Shown here: positions 1 through 12,490 of the stretch, piece after piece
Layout: each line of letters starts with the position of its first letter
Numbering within the stretch: the stretch's first letter is position 1
Source: Stegostoma tigrinum
Taxonomy: Eukaryota
Assembly: GCF_030684315.1 (NCBI RefSeq)
Contig: NC_081360.1
Location: 9,156,599-9,220,598 of the forward strand
DNA length: 64,000 bases
Reading direction: 5' to 3'
Notes under the pieces: model-generated
What the model saw: only the letters and a program-made list of their open reading frames with translations
Told to the model about the DNA's origin: nothing
The model's database searches: none
Translations under genes and position numbers: made by a program

Positions 1-496
1 TAAAAGCTCGCTCAAGGAGCCAGCAGAGACACAGCAGGCCGAATGGCTTTCATTCATCCTTTATGATTCCTGTAGAGCCTGGTCAGAAATAACCCTCAGG
101 ACATCACAAAGGTGTGGAAAAACATATCCCAAACAGGGGCATGAGGACTGGGAGCTGGTGCTGAATGCTCAGTTGACAAGTTGGGACCTGTAAAGGTATA
201 TGAACAAGAAGAGAAAGGTAAAGGGGCTCACTATTTTAAGAGACCTTTTTTAATCTTCTTAAATGAAAATCTACGAGATCTTCTTATCCATTTTGGGCAC
301 ATGCAAAATGTTTCAAGAAATTCAGTTTCAATACACAAAAAACTGCCACTGAGTCATTTTTAATGCTAACAAGTTACAGTTTTAAAAGATAACAATTCAT
401 CAGTTGTGCTCTGTTCCCTAAGGTCCCACCTCAAGTCCTACAAAACATACTCCAGTGACTTATGAGAGAACTGCAGTCAAGGGAGTTTACATTGGC

Positions 497-693
497 AGTT
501 CGAAGGCAATGTTGGAGTCAGAGATAACAAGGTATGGAGCTGGAGGAACACAGTGGGCCAGGCAGCATCAGAGGAGCAGGAAAGCTGGCGTTTTGGGTCT
601 GAAGAAGGGTCCCGACCAGAAATGTCAGCTTTCCTGCTCTTCTGATTGCTGCCTGACCTGCTGTGTTCCTCCAGCTCCAAACCTTTTGTTGCC
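497..693. mobile_element. Palindromic Penelope-derived mini-element with hammerhead-like core
   Basis: Arm ggagctggaggaacacag...gaggagcaggaaagctg and its reverse complement surround CTGAAGA-AGGGTCCCGACCA-GAAATGTC (599-626). Confidence 0.75.
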
Positions 694-789
694 TTTACCT
701 TGGTTTGCATCTTTGACACAATATTTCTCGAGAACAGCAGTAATTTTAATGACTAAATATCATACTTGAGAATCAAAACAGCACTGAGG

Positions 790-1450
790 TCTTCAAAGAG
801 GAAATGCACACATTCTGATTATGAATAAGGAGGGCCAAAGATACACTGGCCTTTATCGCAATAAGATTTAAGTAGAGGACTAAAGATTTGTTACTTCAAT
901 TATATAGAATGTTGATGAGACACATCAAGAGTTTTGTGCACTGTTTAGTGCTCTCCCTAAGGAAGGACAATAAACGCCTTGGAGAGATTCAGCAAACAAA
1001 ATCCTCGGATGGCAGCACTGTTCTCTGAGGGAAGATTGAGGAGACGTGGCCTGCAATCCCGAGAGTTTAGAAAAGTTGTGACCCTGTTGAAATGTACAAA
1101 ATTCTTAAAGGACTGGACAGGGTAGATGCAGAAAGGAGGCTTTCCATTGCTGAAGGAAGTGGAATGAGGAGACGCAGACTCAAAATCAAGAGGAAGCTAA
1201 TTAGGACTGAGATAAAGATTTTTTTTTGCTCAGGGTGTAGTAAATGTTTAATTCTCCACCAGAGATGGCTGTGGAAGCTCAGTCATTGAATGTTTTCATG
1301 TCAGAGATTGTTAGTTTCCTAGAGATTGATAGTTTTCTAGATATGAAGGATACATGGGCATTACACTGAAGTAAATGATCAGCCATGATCTTGACTGCTA
1401 AGGTAGTTCAAGGGACTGAATGGCTTACTCCTGTTCCTATTTCCAATGTT
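790..1450 (+). mobile_element. Decayed CR1-clade LINE 3' fragment
   Basis: RT C-terminal remnant MYKILKGLDRVDAERR and CR1-type 3' UTR (gatcagccatgatc...gaatggcttactcctgttcctat). Confidence 0.75.
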
Positions 1451-1454
1451 CCAT

Positions 1455-3189
1455 AACAGGAAAAGGAGGGGCATCTAAGGCCTAAGCTCCTTAGATGAAT
1501 AAAAATAATGAGGTTATAATGAGGCAGGGAGAAAACATTAGATGAGGAAAAGGAGAAATCGAGTAAAGAACAAAGCTGACTACAGAAACTACAGAAGTAC
1601 CTAGAAGGTGTAAAAGTGGGATTAACAGGGACAAAGGGAATTTACAGATTAGCAGTTAACATCAAACAGAAGTCAAAACTGCTTCAAAATCTGTAAATAA
1701 TAAAACATGAGTGTTGTGGCCCAGAGGCATCAAAGAGGAGATATTCGTGAAGAGACAAAGGTCATGGCTGAGATCCTAAATGAAAACTTTGAGGAGGAGG
1801 TTGCTGTCAAAGTGGCAATGAAAGAGGAGGGAATAGTGAAGTTAATCAGATAAAAATAGATATACAGAAAACAAAAGGTTAGCAGTCTCAAAAGCAGGAA
1901 AGCCACCCAGTCTCAATGAGTTTACATCCTATATAACTGAGAGAAGCAAAGGTCAAAACAGCAGGAGCTCTGACCACAATCCTCCCGCATCCTGCTTGCA
2001 ATATGGGGATGGTGCTCGAGGACTGGAGGATTACAAATGATTATAAAAGGGGAAGGGAGTACACCCAGCAATAACAATTCAGTCTACCCAATGTTGAAGA
2101 TGAAGAAACTTTTAGCAATAATAAACCTTAACAAATTTAATTTGCATTAGGAAAGATATGGATGAATAAATGGAAGTCAAGTTTATTAATGTGACTGAAG
2201 TCCTTGAAATAACAAGGAAGGTTAAGTGTAGTAAGCATACACAGATTTCCAAGACATAAAGCTCCATAAGAACTGTGGACACTGGAAATCAGAAACCAAA
2301 GTAGAAATTGTTGGAAGAACTCAGCAGGTCTGGCAGCATATGTGGAGAGAAAACAAGAGATAAGGTCTACTGACCCTTCATCAGAACTTCTTCAGAACAG
2401 TTCTGTTGAACTCTACGTGAGTGAATGTGAGACCTGCTAAGGTCTTCCAGCAATTTCTGTTTTTGCTTGGATACATTTGATTTAGTTCCACATGACAGAT
2501 TTCTTACTGAGATTAATACACATGGAATTAAAGAAAGTTTGGTCAACTAACTGCTGGACTAAAAAAGCATAAAGATATAGAGATGAATAATTATTTTCAG
2601 ATTGGAAGCAAATATACAATGGTGACCCCGAGGGGTCAGTATTTGGGAACACTGATCTTTCTAATGTATAGTAATGACCTGTTCTTGTGTATACAGGGCA
2701 AAGAATTAAAGTCTGTAGATAACATGGAAATGTCAATGTAGTGCACAATGAAGGTAATAATGAAGGACATAGACACTGGTGAAATGAGCAGACACATAGA
2801 CAATGAAAATTAGCACAGAGGACTGTGAAGTCCTACATTATTTGTACTAGCGCAAAAAATAAAGAATAATAAACTAATTGACTCAATTTTTAAGAGGGTG
2901 AAGAAGCAGAAAGCTGGGGACACCTGTGCACGAATGTTTGAATGTGTCAGCACAACTAGCGGAGCATGTTAGGAAAGAAAACTAATTTCCTGGCTTTATG
3001 AGTTAAACAATGAGGTTTGAGAGCAAGGAAACATCTCTTGACAGAACTTCAGCTGGAGCTTTTACTCCAGTTTGGGCAATAATGTTGAGCAGATTTAAAC
3101 TTCCATAAAGTAAATCATATCAATATTTACATAAATAAACAGGTAAAAATGCATAGGGCTATGAGGAGAGAGAACAGAACTAGGAATGA
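1455..3189 (+). mobile_element. Old CR1 LINE ORF2 remnant, interrupted by later insertions; 3' tail resumes at about 5412-5492
   Basis: Degenerate CR1 motifs (gaggactggagg; aatggtgaccccgaggggtcagtatttggg, resembling GVPQGSVLG). Confidence 0.65.
2270..2467. mobile_element. Fold-back Penelope-type mini-element (second subfamily) inside old CR1
   Basis: agaaattgttggaagaactcagcaggtct pairs with agacctgctaaggtcttccagcaatttct; contains acccttcatcag (reverse of CTGATGAAGGGT). Confidence 0.6.
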
Positions 3190-5395
3190 GATAATATTTT
3201 CCGGACGCTGGAGAATCCGAGATAACAAGGTGTAGAGCTGGATGAACACAGCAGGGCAAGCAGCATCATAGGAGCAGGAACGCTGACGTTTCGAGCCTAG
3301 ACCCTTCATCAGAAATGCGGGAGGGGAAGGGGGTTCTGAAATAAATAGGGAGAGAGGGGGAGGTGGATAGAAGATGGATAGAGGAGAAGATAGGCGAAGC
3401 GTAGACAGACAAGTCAAAGAGGTGGAAATGGGGCCAGTAAAGGGTAAGAGGGTAGGTGGGGAGGTAGGGAGGGGATAGGTCAGTCGGGGAGGACGGACAG
3501 GTCAAGGGAGCGGGATGAGGCTAGTAGGTAGGAAATGGGTGTGCTGCTTGAGATGGGAGGAGGGAATAGGTGAGAGGAAGAACAGGTTAGGGTGGCTGGG
3601 ATGAGCTGGGCTGGTTTTGGGATGCGGTAGGGGGAGGGGAGATTTTGAAGCTTGTGAAGTCTACATTAATACCCTGAGGCTGCAGGGTTCCCAAGCAGAA
3701 AATGAGTTGCTGTTCCTGCAACCTTCGGGTGGCATCATTTTGGCACTGCAGGAGGCCCAGGACGGACATGTCATCTGAGAAACAGGAAGGGAAATTGAAA
3801 TGATTCGCGTCTGGGAGGGGCGGTTATTTATTGCAAACCAAGCGTAGGTGTTCTGCAAAGCGGACCCCGAGCCTCCACTTGGTTTCCCTGATGTAGAGGA
3901 GGCCACAACGGGAACAGCGGATGCAGTATACCACATTAGCAGACGTACAGGTGAGCATCTGCTTGATGTGGAAAGTCTTCTTGAGCCTGGGGTGGGGGTG
4001 AGGAAGGAGGTATGGGGGCAGATGTAGCACTTCCTGCGGTTGCAGGGAAAATTGCCAGGTGTGGTGGGGCTGGAGGGGAGTGTGGAGTGGACAAGGGAGT
4101 CATGGAGAGAGTGGTCCTTCCGGAAAGCAGACAAGGGTGGGGACAGAAAATGCCTTTGGTGGTGGTGTCGGATTGCAGATGGTGGAAGTGTCAGAGGATG
4201 ATGTGTTGGATCCGGAGGTTGGTGGGGTGGTATGTGAGGACTAGGGGGATTCTTTTCTGTTTGTTATTGCGGGGACAGGGTGTGAGGAATGAGTTGTGGG
4301 AAATGCAGGAGACACAGTTGAGGACATTCTCGATGACTGCGGGGGTGATATCGTGGTCCTTGAAAAACGAGGACATCTGAGATGTACGGGAGTGGAATGC
4401 CTCATCCTGGGAGCAGATGCAGCAGAAGCAAAGGAATTGGGAAGAGGAAATGGCATTTTTGCAGGAAGGTGGGTGGGAGGAGAAGTATTCTCGGTAGCTG
4501 TGGGAATCCGTGGGCTTGAGATGGATATCGGTGGTTGCCCGAGATGGAGACAGAGAGGCCCAGGAAGACAAGAGAGATGTTAGAGATGGTCCAGGTGATC
4601 CCTCCTCCGTACCTACACAGGCCCTAAACCCCACTTCTTCCTCTGTTACATAGATGACTGTATCGGCACCGCCTCGTGCTCCCACGAAGACCTCGAACAT
4701 TTCAGCCACTTCACCAAAATCTTCCACCCCAACCTTAAGTTCACCTGAACCATCTCTAACACCTCTCTCACCTTCCTGGACCTCTCTGTCTCCATATCGG
4801 GCAACCACCTAGAAAATGATATCCATTTCAAGCCCACCGACTCCCACAGCTACCTTGTATACACCTCCTCCCTTCCACTCTACTGTAAAAATGCCATCCC
4901 CTATTCCCAATTCCTTCGCCTCTGCCACATCTGCTCCCAGGATGAGGCATTCCACTCCCGTACATCTCAGATGTCCTCGTTTTTCAAGGACCACAATATC
5001 ACCCCCGCAGTCATCGAGAATGCCCTCAACTGTGTCTCCTGCATTTCCTGCAACTCATCCCTCACACCCTTTCCCAGCAATAACAACAAAAAAAAATCCC
5101 CCTCACCCTCATGTACCACCGCACCAATTTCCGGATCCAATGCATCATCCTCTGACACTTCCGCCATCCGCAATCCGACCCCACCACCAAAGACATTTTT
5201 ACGTCCCCACTCTTGTCTGCTTTCCAAAGGGACTACTCTTTCTGTGACTCCCTTGTCCACTCCACACTCCCTTCCAGCCCCACCAGATCTGGCACTTCTC
5301 CCTGCAACCGCAGGAAGTGCTACACCTGCCCCCACACCTCATCCCTCACCCCCATCCCAGGCCCCAAGAAGACTTTCCACATCAAGCAGATGTTC
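3190..5395. mobile_element. Penelope-like retroelement (RT + GIY-YIG), inverted composite insertion, decayed
   Basis: Minus segment 3190-~4596 with GIY-YIG (CTSANVVYCIRCSRCGLLYIRETKWRL..RFAEH) and 3' terminal hammerhead; plus segment ~4597-5395 with RT motif FLCYIDDCIG; 16-bp TSD ACAGAACTAGGAATGA at 3174-3189 and 5396-5411. Confidence 0.9.
3285..3312 (-). ncRNA. Minimal hammerhead ribozyme motif (Penelope-associated)
   Basis: Minus strand CTGATGA-A-GGGTCTAGGCTC-GAAAC-GTC. Confidence 0.65.
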
Positions 5396-6025
5396 ACAGA
5401 ACTAGGAATGACTAGATTCTTCTATCAAACAACTGATGGAGGAACGACAGGCCAATGTACTGTATTTCCTGTACTGTAAGATTTTATGATTTCACCTTCA
5501 GTCCTTGGTGAGAAGCAAACAAGTCTAAAGATGAGATACTCTAGGAATGGGAAGGAGCAACTAGCATAGGCTGGCCACAATTACCCATTGCCAGATGCAA
5601 ATCCAGCATTGAGATCTGTCCTTCTGTACTCTGCTCAATCTCTAAATGGGGCCTGGGTCCAATAAATCTGCCTCAGACACGACTTACAATTTTACATTCC
5701 TCTTCCCTTTAGGGAAGGAAATTTGCTGTCCTTACCTATATGTGACTCCAGAGCCACGACAATGTAGCTGTACCATGAACTCCCCTCTCAACTCCCCTGT
5801 GAAATGGCCCAGCAAACTTCTTAGATCGAAGGCAAGAATACATTTAAAAACCTGGCTGTTTTGGTCATTTCTGGGCACATTGAGGCTGCTGTCACCTTCC
5901 AGATGCTGCTTCCGTTTCTCTGCAAGGCAGGAGCACTGATGGCTGCCACCTGCCTTTGCCACTCATGTTCAAAAGACAGCTCCCCCTCCTGGCAATTTTT
6001 AGTAACCCAGATCCACCAGCGTGTT

Positions 6026-7064
6026 CATAGAACATAGAACATTACAGCACAGTACAGGCCCTTCGGCCCTCGATGTTGTGCTGACCTGTCATTCCGATCT
6101 GAAGCCCATCTAACCTACACTATTCCATGTACGTCCATATGCTTGTCCAATGACGACTTAAATGTACATAAAGTTGGTGAATCTACTACCGTTGCAGGCA
6201 AAGCGTTCCATTCCCTTACCACTCTCTGAGTAAAGAAACTACCTCTGACATCTGTCCTATATCTTTCACCCCTCAATTTAAAGCTATGCCCCCTCGTCAT
6301 CGCCATCCCCATCCTAGGAAAAAGCCTCTCCCTATCCACCCTATCTAACCAACTGATTATTTTATATGTTTCAATTAAGTCACCTCTCAACCATCTTCTC
6401 TCTAATGAAAACAGCCTCAAGTCCCTCAGCCTTTCCTCATAAGACCTTCCCTCCATACCAGGCAACATCCTAGTAAATCTCCTCTGCACCCTTTCCAAAG
6501 CTTCCACATCTTTCTTATAATGCAGTGACCAGAACTGTACACAATACTCCAAGTGCGGCCGCACCAGAGTTTTGTACAACTTCACCATAACCTCTTGGTT
6601 CCGGAACTCGATCCCTCTATTAATAAAAGCTAAAACACTGTACGCCTTCTTAACAGCCCTGTCAACCCGGGTGGCAACTTTCAAGGATCTGCGTACATGG
6701 ACACCGAGTTCTCTCTGCTCATCTACACTGCGAAGAATCTTACCATTAACCCTGTACTTTGCCTTCCGGTTACTCCTACCAAAGTGCACCACCTCACACT
6801 TGTCTGCATAAAACTCCATTTGCCACCTCTCAGCCCAGCTCTGCAGCTTATCTATGTCTCTCTGCAACCTACAGCATCCTTCGTCACTATCCACAACTCC
6901 ACCGACCTTAGTGTCGTCTGCAAATTTACTAACCCATCCTTCTACGCCCTCATCCAGGTCATTTATAAAAATGACAAACAGCAGTGGACCCAACACTGAC
7001 CCTTGCGGTACACCACTAGTAACTGGTCTCCAGGATGAACATTTCCCATCAACTACCATCCTCT
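6026..7064 (-). mobile_element. Young 5'-truncated CR1/HER1-type LINE
   Basis: Open 326-aa frame with VTSGVPQGSVLGPLLF and FADDTK RT motifs; (GTTCTAT)n 3' tail. Confidence 0.95.
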
Positions 7065-7892
7065 TTGACGAGGCTTTGACAGCGTGGCTGGGCATTGAAA
7101 CTTGGAAATTATGCCAACTTCAAGTTACCCTAGAATTGAAAATCATTTCCTTTTTGTTGCTGGGACTATTTGGGGTCATTGTCATATCAATTGCTGATGG
7201 ATCATTTTCTTATAGCATCAAGGCGCACTTTAACCTCAAGTACATACCTTCAGCACAGCCTTTCAACACCACCTTCAAACAGATGATTGATCTGTACTGA
7301 CCAGTAATAAGAGGAGTCTTTCTCCATTCATGTATGACATTGGTTACAGAGTGCTGATTGGCCCCTTCCCAAAAATATTGAGGACCCAATAGAGTAATTT
7401 GGATCAACAGAATTACACTGGGGCTTGTATTTTAATGAATTGGATAAACAGCTGGAAATGCAGTGAGATGTCAGGAGATAATGTCACTAGTTCCCAAAGT
7501 ATCCAAAAGCATTTTTGAAACAAATTAAATTACAGAGTTTATAAAGCAGCGCCAAATGATATTTAATAAGAAAGTATTACATTGTAAGCAAGCTGCTTTA
7601 ATTAAAGACAATATACCATTGTCTGAAATCACAGCTGTTTTTCCATAACAAATAAAAATTGTTATATTTTTACTCCTACCAAGGGAAATGCATACAGTAC
7701 TTCTAAATTCATCTCTCTCAAATTAATTCCATCGTTTTCCTTGCGCAATTAGTGGTTCTTAATTGTAAACAACCTATCCAGACTTTAACGAGAATCAAAG
7801 ATGTGACATTTTATCAAATTGAACAAGCCTCATTTAGGCAAAACAAAACAAAAGTGTGAAACAATTACCTTGTTGCAAACTTTGATTGGGAG

Positions 7893-8022
7893 CAGGATGA
7901 AGGGTCTAAGACTGAAATGTCAACCTTCCTGCTCCTCTGCTGCTGCTTGGCCTGCTGGGTTCGTCCAGCTCTATGCCTTGTTATCTCAGATTGTCCAGCA
8001 TCTGCAGTTCCTACTATCTCTG
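7893..8022 (+). mobile_element. Penelope 3'-terminal mini-element with decayed hammerhead
   Basis: gatgaagggtctaagactgaaatgtc...ccagcatctgcagttcctactatctct, homologous to 27208-27335. Confidence 0.75.
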
Positions 8023-8827
8023 TTCAATGCAGGGTTGGGATCCGGACTCTAGGATGAATCCATACTTGAGCTGTGTAGCTCTTGTGAATTTAATTTCAAA
8101 TGTAAATGGTCTAAGTCTCCAGGAATGTGAGCCCAACGCCAAATAAAGTAGCTCTCAGTGCCTTTTGGAGGAGGTGGCTGCCTGCCTGGCACCAGTGGCA
8201 ATGATAGGCAGCAGGCACAAAGGTGGCTTCCAAAGCTTTGCTGATTACAGATGGCAAGACCATGGAGGTGGAACGAGGTGAGAAGTATCTGAGAAACCGG
8301 GCAAGGACTAGCTACTGTGCTGGCAGAAGTTAGTATTGACGAACACGACAGCTGCGTTACACCCAGCAACAGTTTGGTTTTACTGAAAGAAATTTCGAAA
8401 TCGCAGGTGGGGATTGACAGGTACCTTAGCAAGCAACTCAAGGAGCTTAAGGAGGTGTTACCCAGTGCTGACAATGTTTCCAGCTTCTCCAATACATGAG
8501 TAGGGAATTAAAGAGGATATAGTAATTAAAGGGTTAAAAGGGGATTAAACAGGTACACTAGGCCACTCAAGATCCAAAAGCAGTGTGGGATCTCTGCAGT
8601 AAATGTACAAATGTCTTTACATTTCACTCTTCCAAGCAGCACAAGGGTCACATTTCCTAGTCACCAAGTGTTTGAAGTCATTGGTGTTTAATGGTTGCCA
8701 CAAACTTCTCACAAGGACACTGACAGCAGAAATACATGTCACATAACTATAGCAAGCTAGCTGGTTACACCTCTCCAAACATCCCCTTCTAGTAAAAAAG
8801 TAACATGCACTATCATCTGCAGTTCCA

Positions 8828-9049
8828 TGTTATGCAATTTACCCAATACATATGGTCGGAAGGAACCGACTGGGGCTGTTAATCTGGTCCAATCAGGGAG
8901 TCCTGGCTGATCGATATAAACAGGAGTGTCAGAGATTCTGTTCACTTTCAGAGCTGACTCTGAGGGAACTAAATCAATGTCAAAAACTCTTCACATGTAA
9001 ATAAAAGGTGACTTGGTGATGAGATACCAGCTTCTGTGGAGTTATTTCA
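8828..9049 (+). mobile_element. Solo-LTR-like element
   Basis: Starts TGT, ends TTCA; ordered CCAAT, TATAAA and AATAAA signals; no TSD seen. Confidence 0.55.
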
Positions 9050-9059
9050 CTCAGCTTTC

Positions 9060-11260
9060 TTCATACAGTGCACTGTTCTCAACAGTATGTCCTCAATGTA
9101 CATCTGTTTCCCACTTGTATGTCATGTCCAGATGCTATCTCTATATGTAGTAACATTCTTGGCAGACACTTGGAAGCTGATAGAAGCAGTTTGAGAAAAA
9201 AATTGTTGTGAAATGACATCACTGTCACTTTGTCCCTCTCAAACTGGTATCAATTAAACTGTTCACAATACAGGACAATCACCAGGATCTTTTCTTAATC
9301 TGAGTGTAATGTTGTTCTGTTTGCATTTGTTCCTTGGATGTAAATATAACTAATTGGTCTTGCCACATAAAGTTGGCATCACAGTGCAAAGTAACTTCTT
9401 CACTGACGTTGTAGCACCACAGCAGTTTGACTTCAAAGTCAAATGTGAAAATTCTGTGTGTTCTGGGCTCCAGCAGATCCTAGAAGCAAGCTTCCATTGT
9501 ATTCTGATGACAAATTAGAAAAGAAATATGCCTGATAGTTCAGGAATCCAACAAAACACGAGACTGCCTTCACATTGTTGATCACTGTTATAGCTCCCAC
9601 CATGTCAGGTTCAAGATGAAGTCCTCTGAGGTCAGTACAAGATCAACGTACTTGACTTCAGGGATTTGCAATCACATTTTTTACTTGCTCATATTGCGAG
9701 ACTTCTCTGGCAGTCGTATCAGATTCTGATCATGATCAGCAATGGTTTCTTCCATGGCTGTGTCTCCAAATCTATGCGCTAGCAGATCATCCATCCACTA
9801 TTGCTGCAACTTATGGAAGTCACCGACTATCTCATGCTCGTTGTGTTGATACTCTTCTCAAGCTGTGGAAATGCCAAACAGCATACACAACCAGCTGCAA
9901 CATCCAAATAGCATCTAGAGTGTAGTTAGAAAACTACCTAGAAAATAACTCCATTTGCCAGTAACCATCCTTCACATCAATTTCTAATGAAGTCCGTTGC
10001 CTTAGCAAGTTGAGGCAACATTTCCTTCCATGGTTGACATGGGGCAGTGAGATCTCTTCAAACTTTTACTGTGATCATTTGGGTCCATGGATGCTCTCAG
10101 CTTTCCAGATATCTTCACCACTGCCTTTCTGATAATCTGGTCTGTAGGTGTTGTCATTCCTAGCTCCTCTCTCCTGTCTCTCAAGCTGACTTGAAGACAG
10201 CTGGAACTCTCCACACCAGACGCTGGGTCAGTTTCTTACTCTCATCTACTTTGACATGATATTCACCAGGACAACATTCTGCGACCTGGTAAAACATCTT
10301 CAAAATATTTTAGGATCTCTTCAGCACCGGATGGTTTTGTGGCCTGCAAAGAACTTCAGATTTCTTCGGAGATTGTAGAACTGCCGATACTGGAGTCATA
10401 AATAATACAGCGTGAAGCTGGAGAAGTACAGCAGGCCAAGTGGCATCACAGAAGCAGGAAAGTTGATGTTTCGGTTCAGTACCCTTCTTTAGAAAATTCC
10501 TTTGGTCATGTTTAGAATTCTATGTCTAAGTCTTAGAGTTGCTTCAGTTGATGAAAGCTCAATTTTGCTAAATATTTACTATTAGGAACTCAACATCTTC
10601 ATTCTACCCATTGCATTGAGCTCCCAGCTTCAGTTGTCCTCTTGGCATAAGGAATGATCTACCATGTAGTCTCAACCTTACCTTTGAGGGTTTCCATTTT
10701 GAATCACTATCTTGAAAGACTTTGAAATTATGTGAAGCTTGATAATGTGGCATGAAGCACTGGTATCCATCTGACACTTCACTTTGACATGATGTCTGCT
10801 TTAGTCGCCATCTGAACAGTCACAAACTATTTGTCACCAGCCCCTCTACACCCCCACCCATGCCCTCCAACCCGGATTAGACAATGCCAACATGTTTGTA
10901 CGGTGTTAAATGATTTTGCAGACTCACTGGCTGACATCTTTATAAACTCTACTTTGGCACCTTACTAGCTAAACACCTGCATGCAAAGTGATTCCACTTC
11001 TTGCAGTGAGAGCCCCACTTTCCTTGTTCTGCACACGCCCCTTTTCTCTTGTGATATTTATGTTCAATCTCTGCCCTTGATCATTCAGCTGGCTTGTTAG
11101 CAAATATTCCTTTCTTTTCTCAATCTGTTGTTCTCATTCAGCCTGGAATGTCTCTTCATACAATGTAAAATCTTTTCTGTTTCCTATTAATGCAACCAAG
11201 CTGATGATTTACAAACTCAAGTTTCTGAACACTTCATTATCTTTCTTGAAAGTAAGTTTC
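9060..11260 (-). mobile_element. Decayed Ty3/Gypsy LTR-retrotransposon internal region (gag-pro-RT)
   Basis: Zn-knuckle-like ..GSHCKKWNHFAC (~10980-11030), protease-like VKCQMDTSASCHII (~10740-10785), RT-like GKLRASMDP, GYWQMEL and MLFGIS (~9865-10110); many stops and frameshifts. Confidence 0.75.
10368..10494 (-). mobile_element. Penelope hammerhead mini-element nested in Gypsy remnant
   Basis: gaagctggagaagtacagcaggccaag...gatgtttcggttcagtacccttctttag; degenerate flanking direct repeat atttcttcgg/attcctttgg. Confidence 0.7.
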
Positions 11261-11944
11261 TCCTCTCTCAACAGGTGTGCTCTTACAGCAGGATATCTTA
11301 TGCCTAAACTAATCCTATCTCTGACAAGATCATTCTTCAGTTATCCAAACTTACTGCATTCAGCTAGATGTACCAGTATGGTTATTCATTGATCAACAGT
11401 CTTCTTCTCCCAATGAGTTCTGAAGTTGAAAAAATGCCATTCATAAATAACAGCAATGTGTTCAAAATGTGTTTTCAAAGACCTCAACATCTCTCCTGTC
11501 TGGCTTTTCTGCTCTTCAGTGAAATGTGGACTCCTTTCCCCAGCACTGGCAGCAGGGATGCTACTTTTATTCGCCCAAGATTTAAAAATTAATTCTATAG
11601 CTATTTTGTATTTCTGCCACAGACAGTGGAAAAATTTCCAATTTTTTAATGTTTCCTTTAAATTCCACAGCAACAGGAAGTGGAAAATGTAAGGCCACTT
11701 TCACTCACCCAGTCATTCAAAACTCGAGTCTGCTATTATTCTAACCTTTCCCTTGCTGTATCTTCTAATGGCACTCTCAGAGCACCAATAACCCATACAT
11801 TTTCTACTATATGATTCCTTGAGTTGAGTGCCAACTGCATATAAATGTACTCAGCAGAAGAGGTCGCAGGACTATGACATGCTAAGAATGACTGCATTTC
11901 TTCAAATCCAGGCACTATCATTTTCCAGGAACTGCTGTCTACCA

Positions 11945-12490
11945 GGATCACAGAATTGTTACGGTGCAGAAAAAGGTTGTTCACTCTATCATGCCTGTAC
12001 TGTTTCTATCCCCTAGTGCCATCTCCTGTCTTTTCCCCATATCCCTGCACATCATTCTTATCCAAATAATTATCCAATGCCTTCTTGAATGCCTCAACTG
12101 AAACTGCCTCACCACATCTCCAGGCTCTGTATTCCATGCTCTAACGACATGTTAAGTCAAAAAGTTTCTCTCACATCACCCTTGCTTTTTTAGGACATCA
12201 CTTTAAATTTATACCCTCTCGTTCTTATTCCTTTAGTGTGTGGGAAAATATTTTCCTTATCTACTCTATCCAGCCCACTCATGATTTTGCAAACCTCTCT
12301 CAAATCTCTTCTCAACCGTCTCTCCAAGTAGAACAATCCCAACTTCTTCAATCTATTCTCCTAAGTGAAGTTCCTCATTCCTGGAACAATTCCTGTAAAT
12401 TGCTTCTGCACTCTGACAAGTGCATTCCCGTCTTCACTGCAATGTGGCTCCCACAATTGTTCACAATATTCCAGCAAAGGTCTAACGAAA
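11945..12490 (-). mobile_element. Decayed CR1 LINE 3' fragment
   Basis: tatccaatgccttcttgaatgcctcaa, ctttaaatttataccctctc and ctgcactctg, all reverse-strand CR1 ORF2 end/3' UTR motifs. Confidence 0.7.

Noticed and set aside
3317-3640. G-rich tract as a host G-quadruplex regulatory element
   Set aside because: It is the purine/pyrimidine-skewed 3' UTR of the Penelope element and recurs in the other copies.
6115-7095. 326-aa ORF as a functional reverse transcriptase gene
   Set aside because: 5'-truncated CR1 ORF2; its start codon lies in flanking sequence and the endonuclease and RT N-terminus are missing.
8049-8560. 147-aa minus ORF as a nested gene or alternative exon
   Set aside because: No recognisable domain or splice context; it looks like decayed retroelement sequence but the family could not be assigned.
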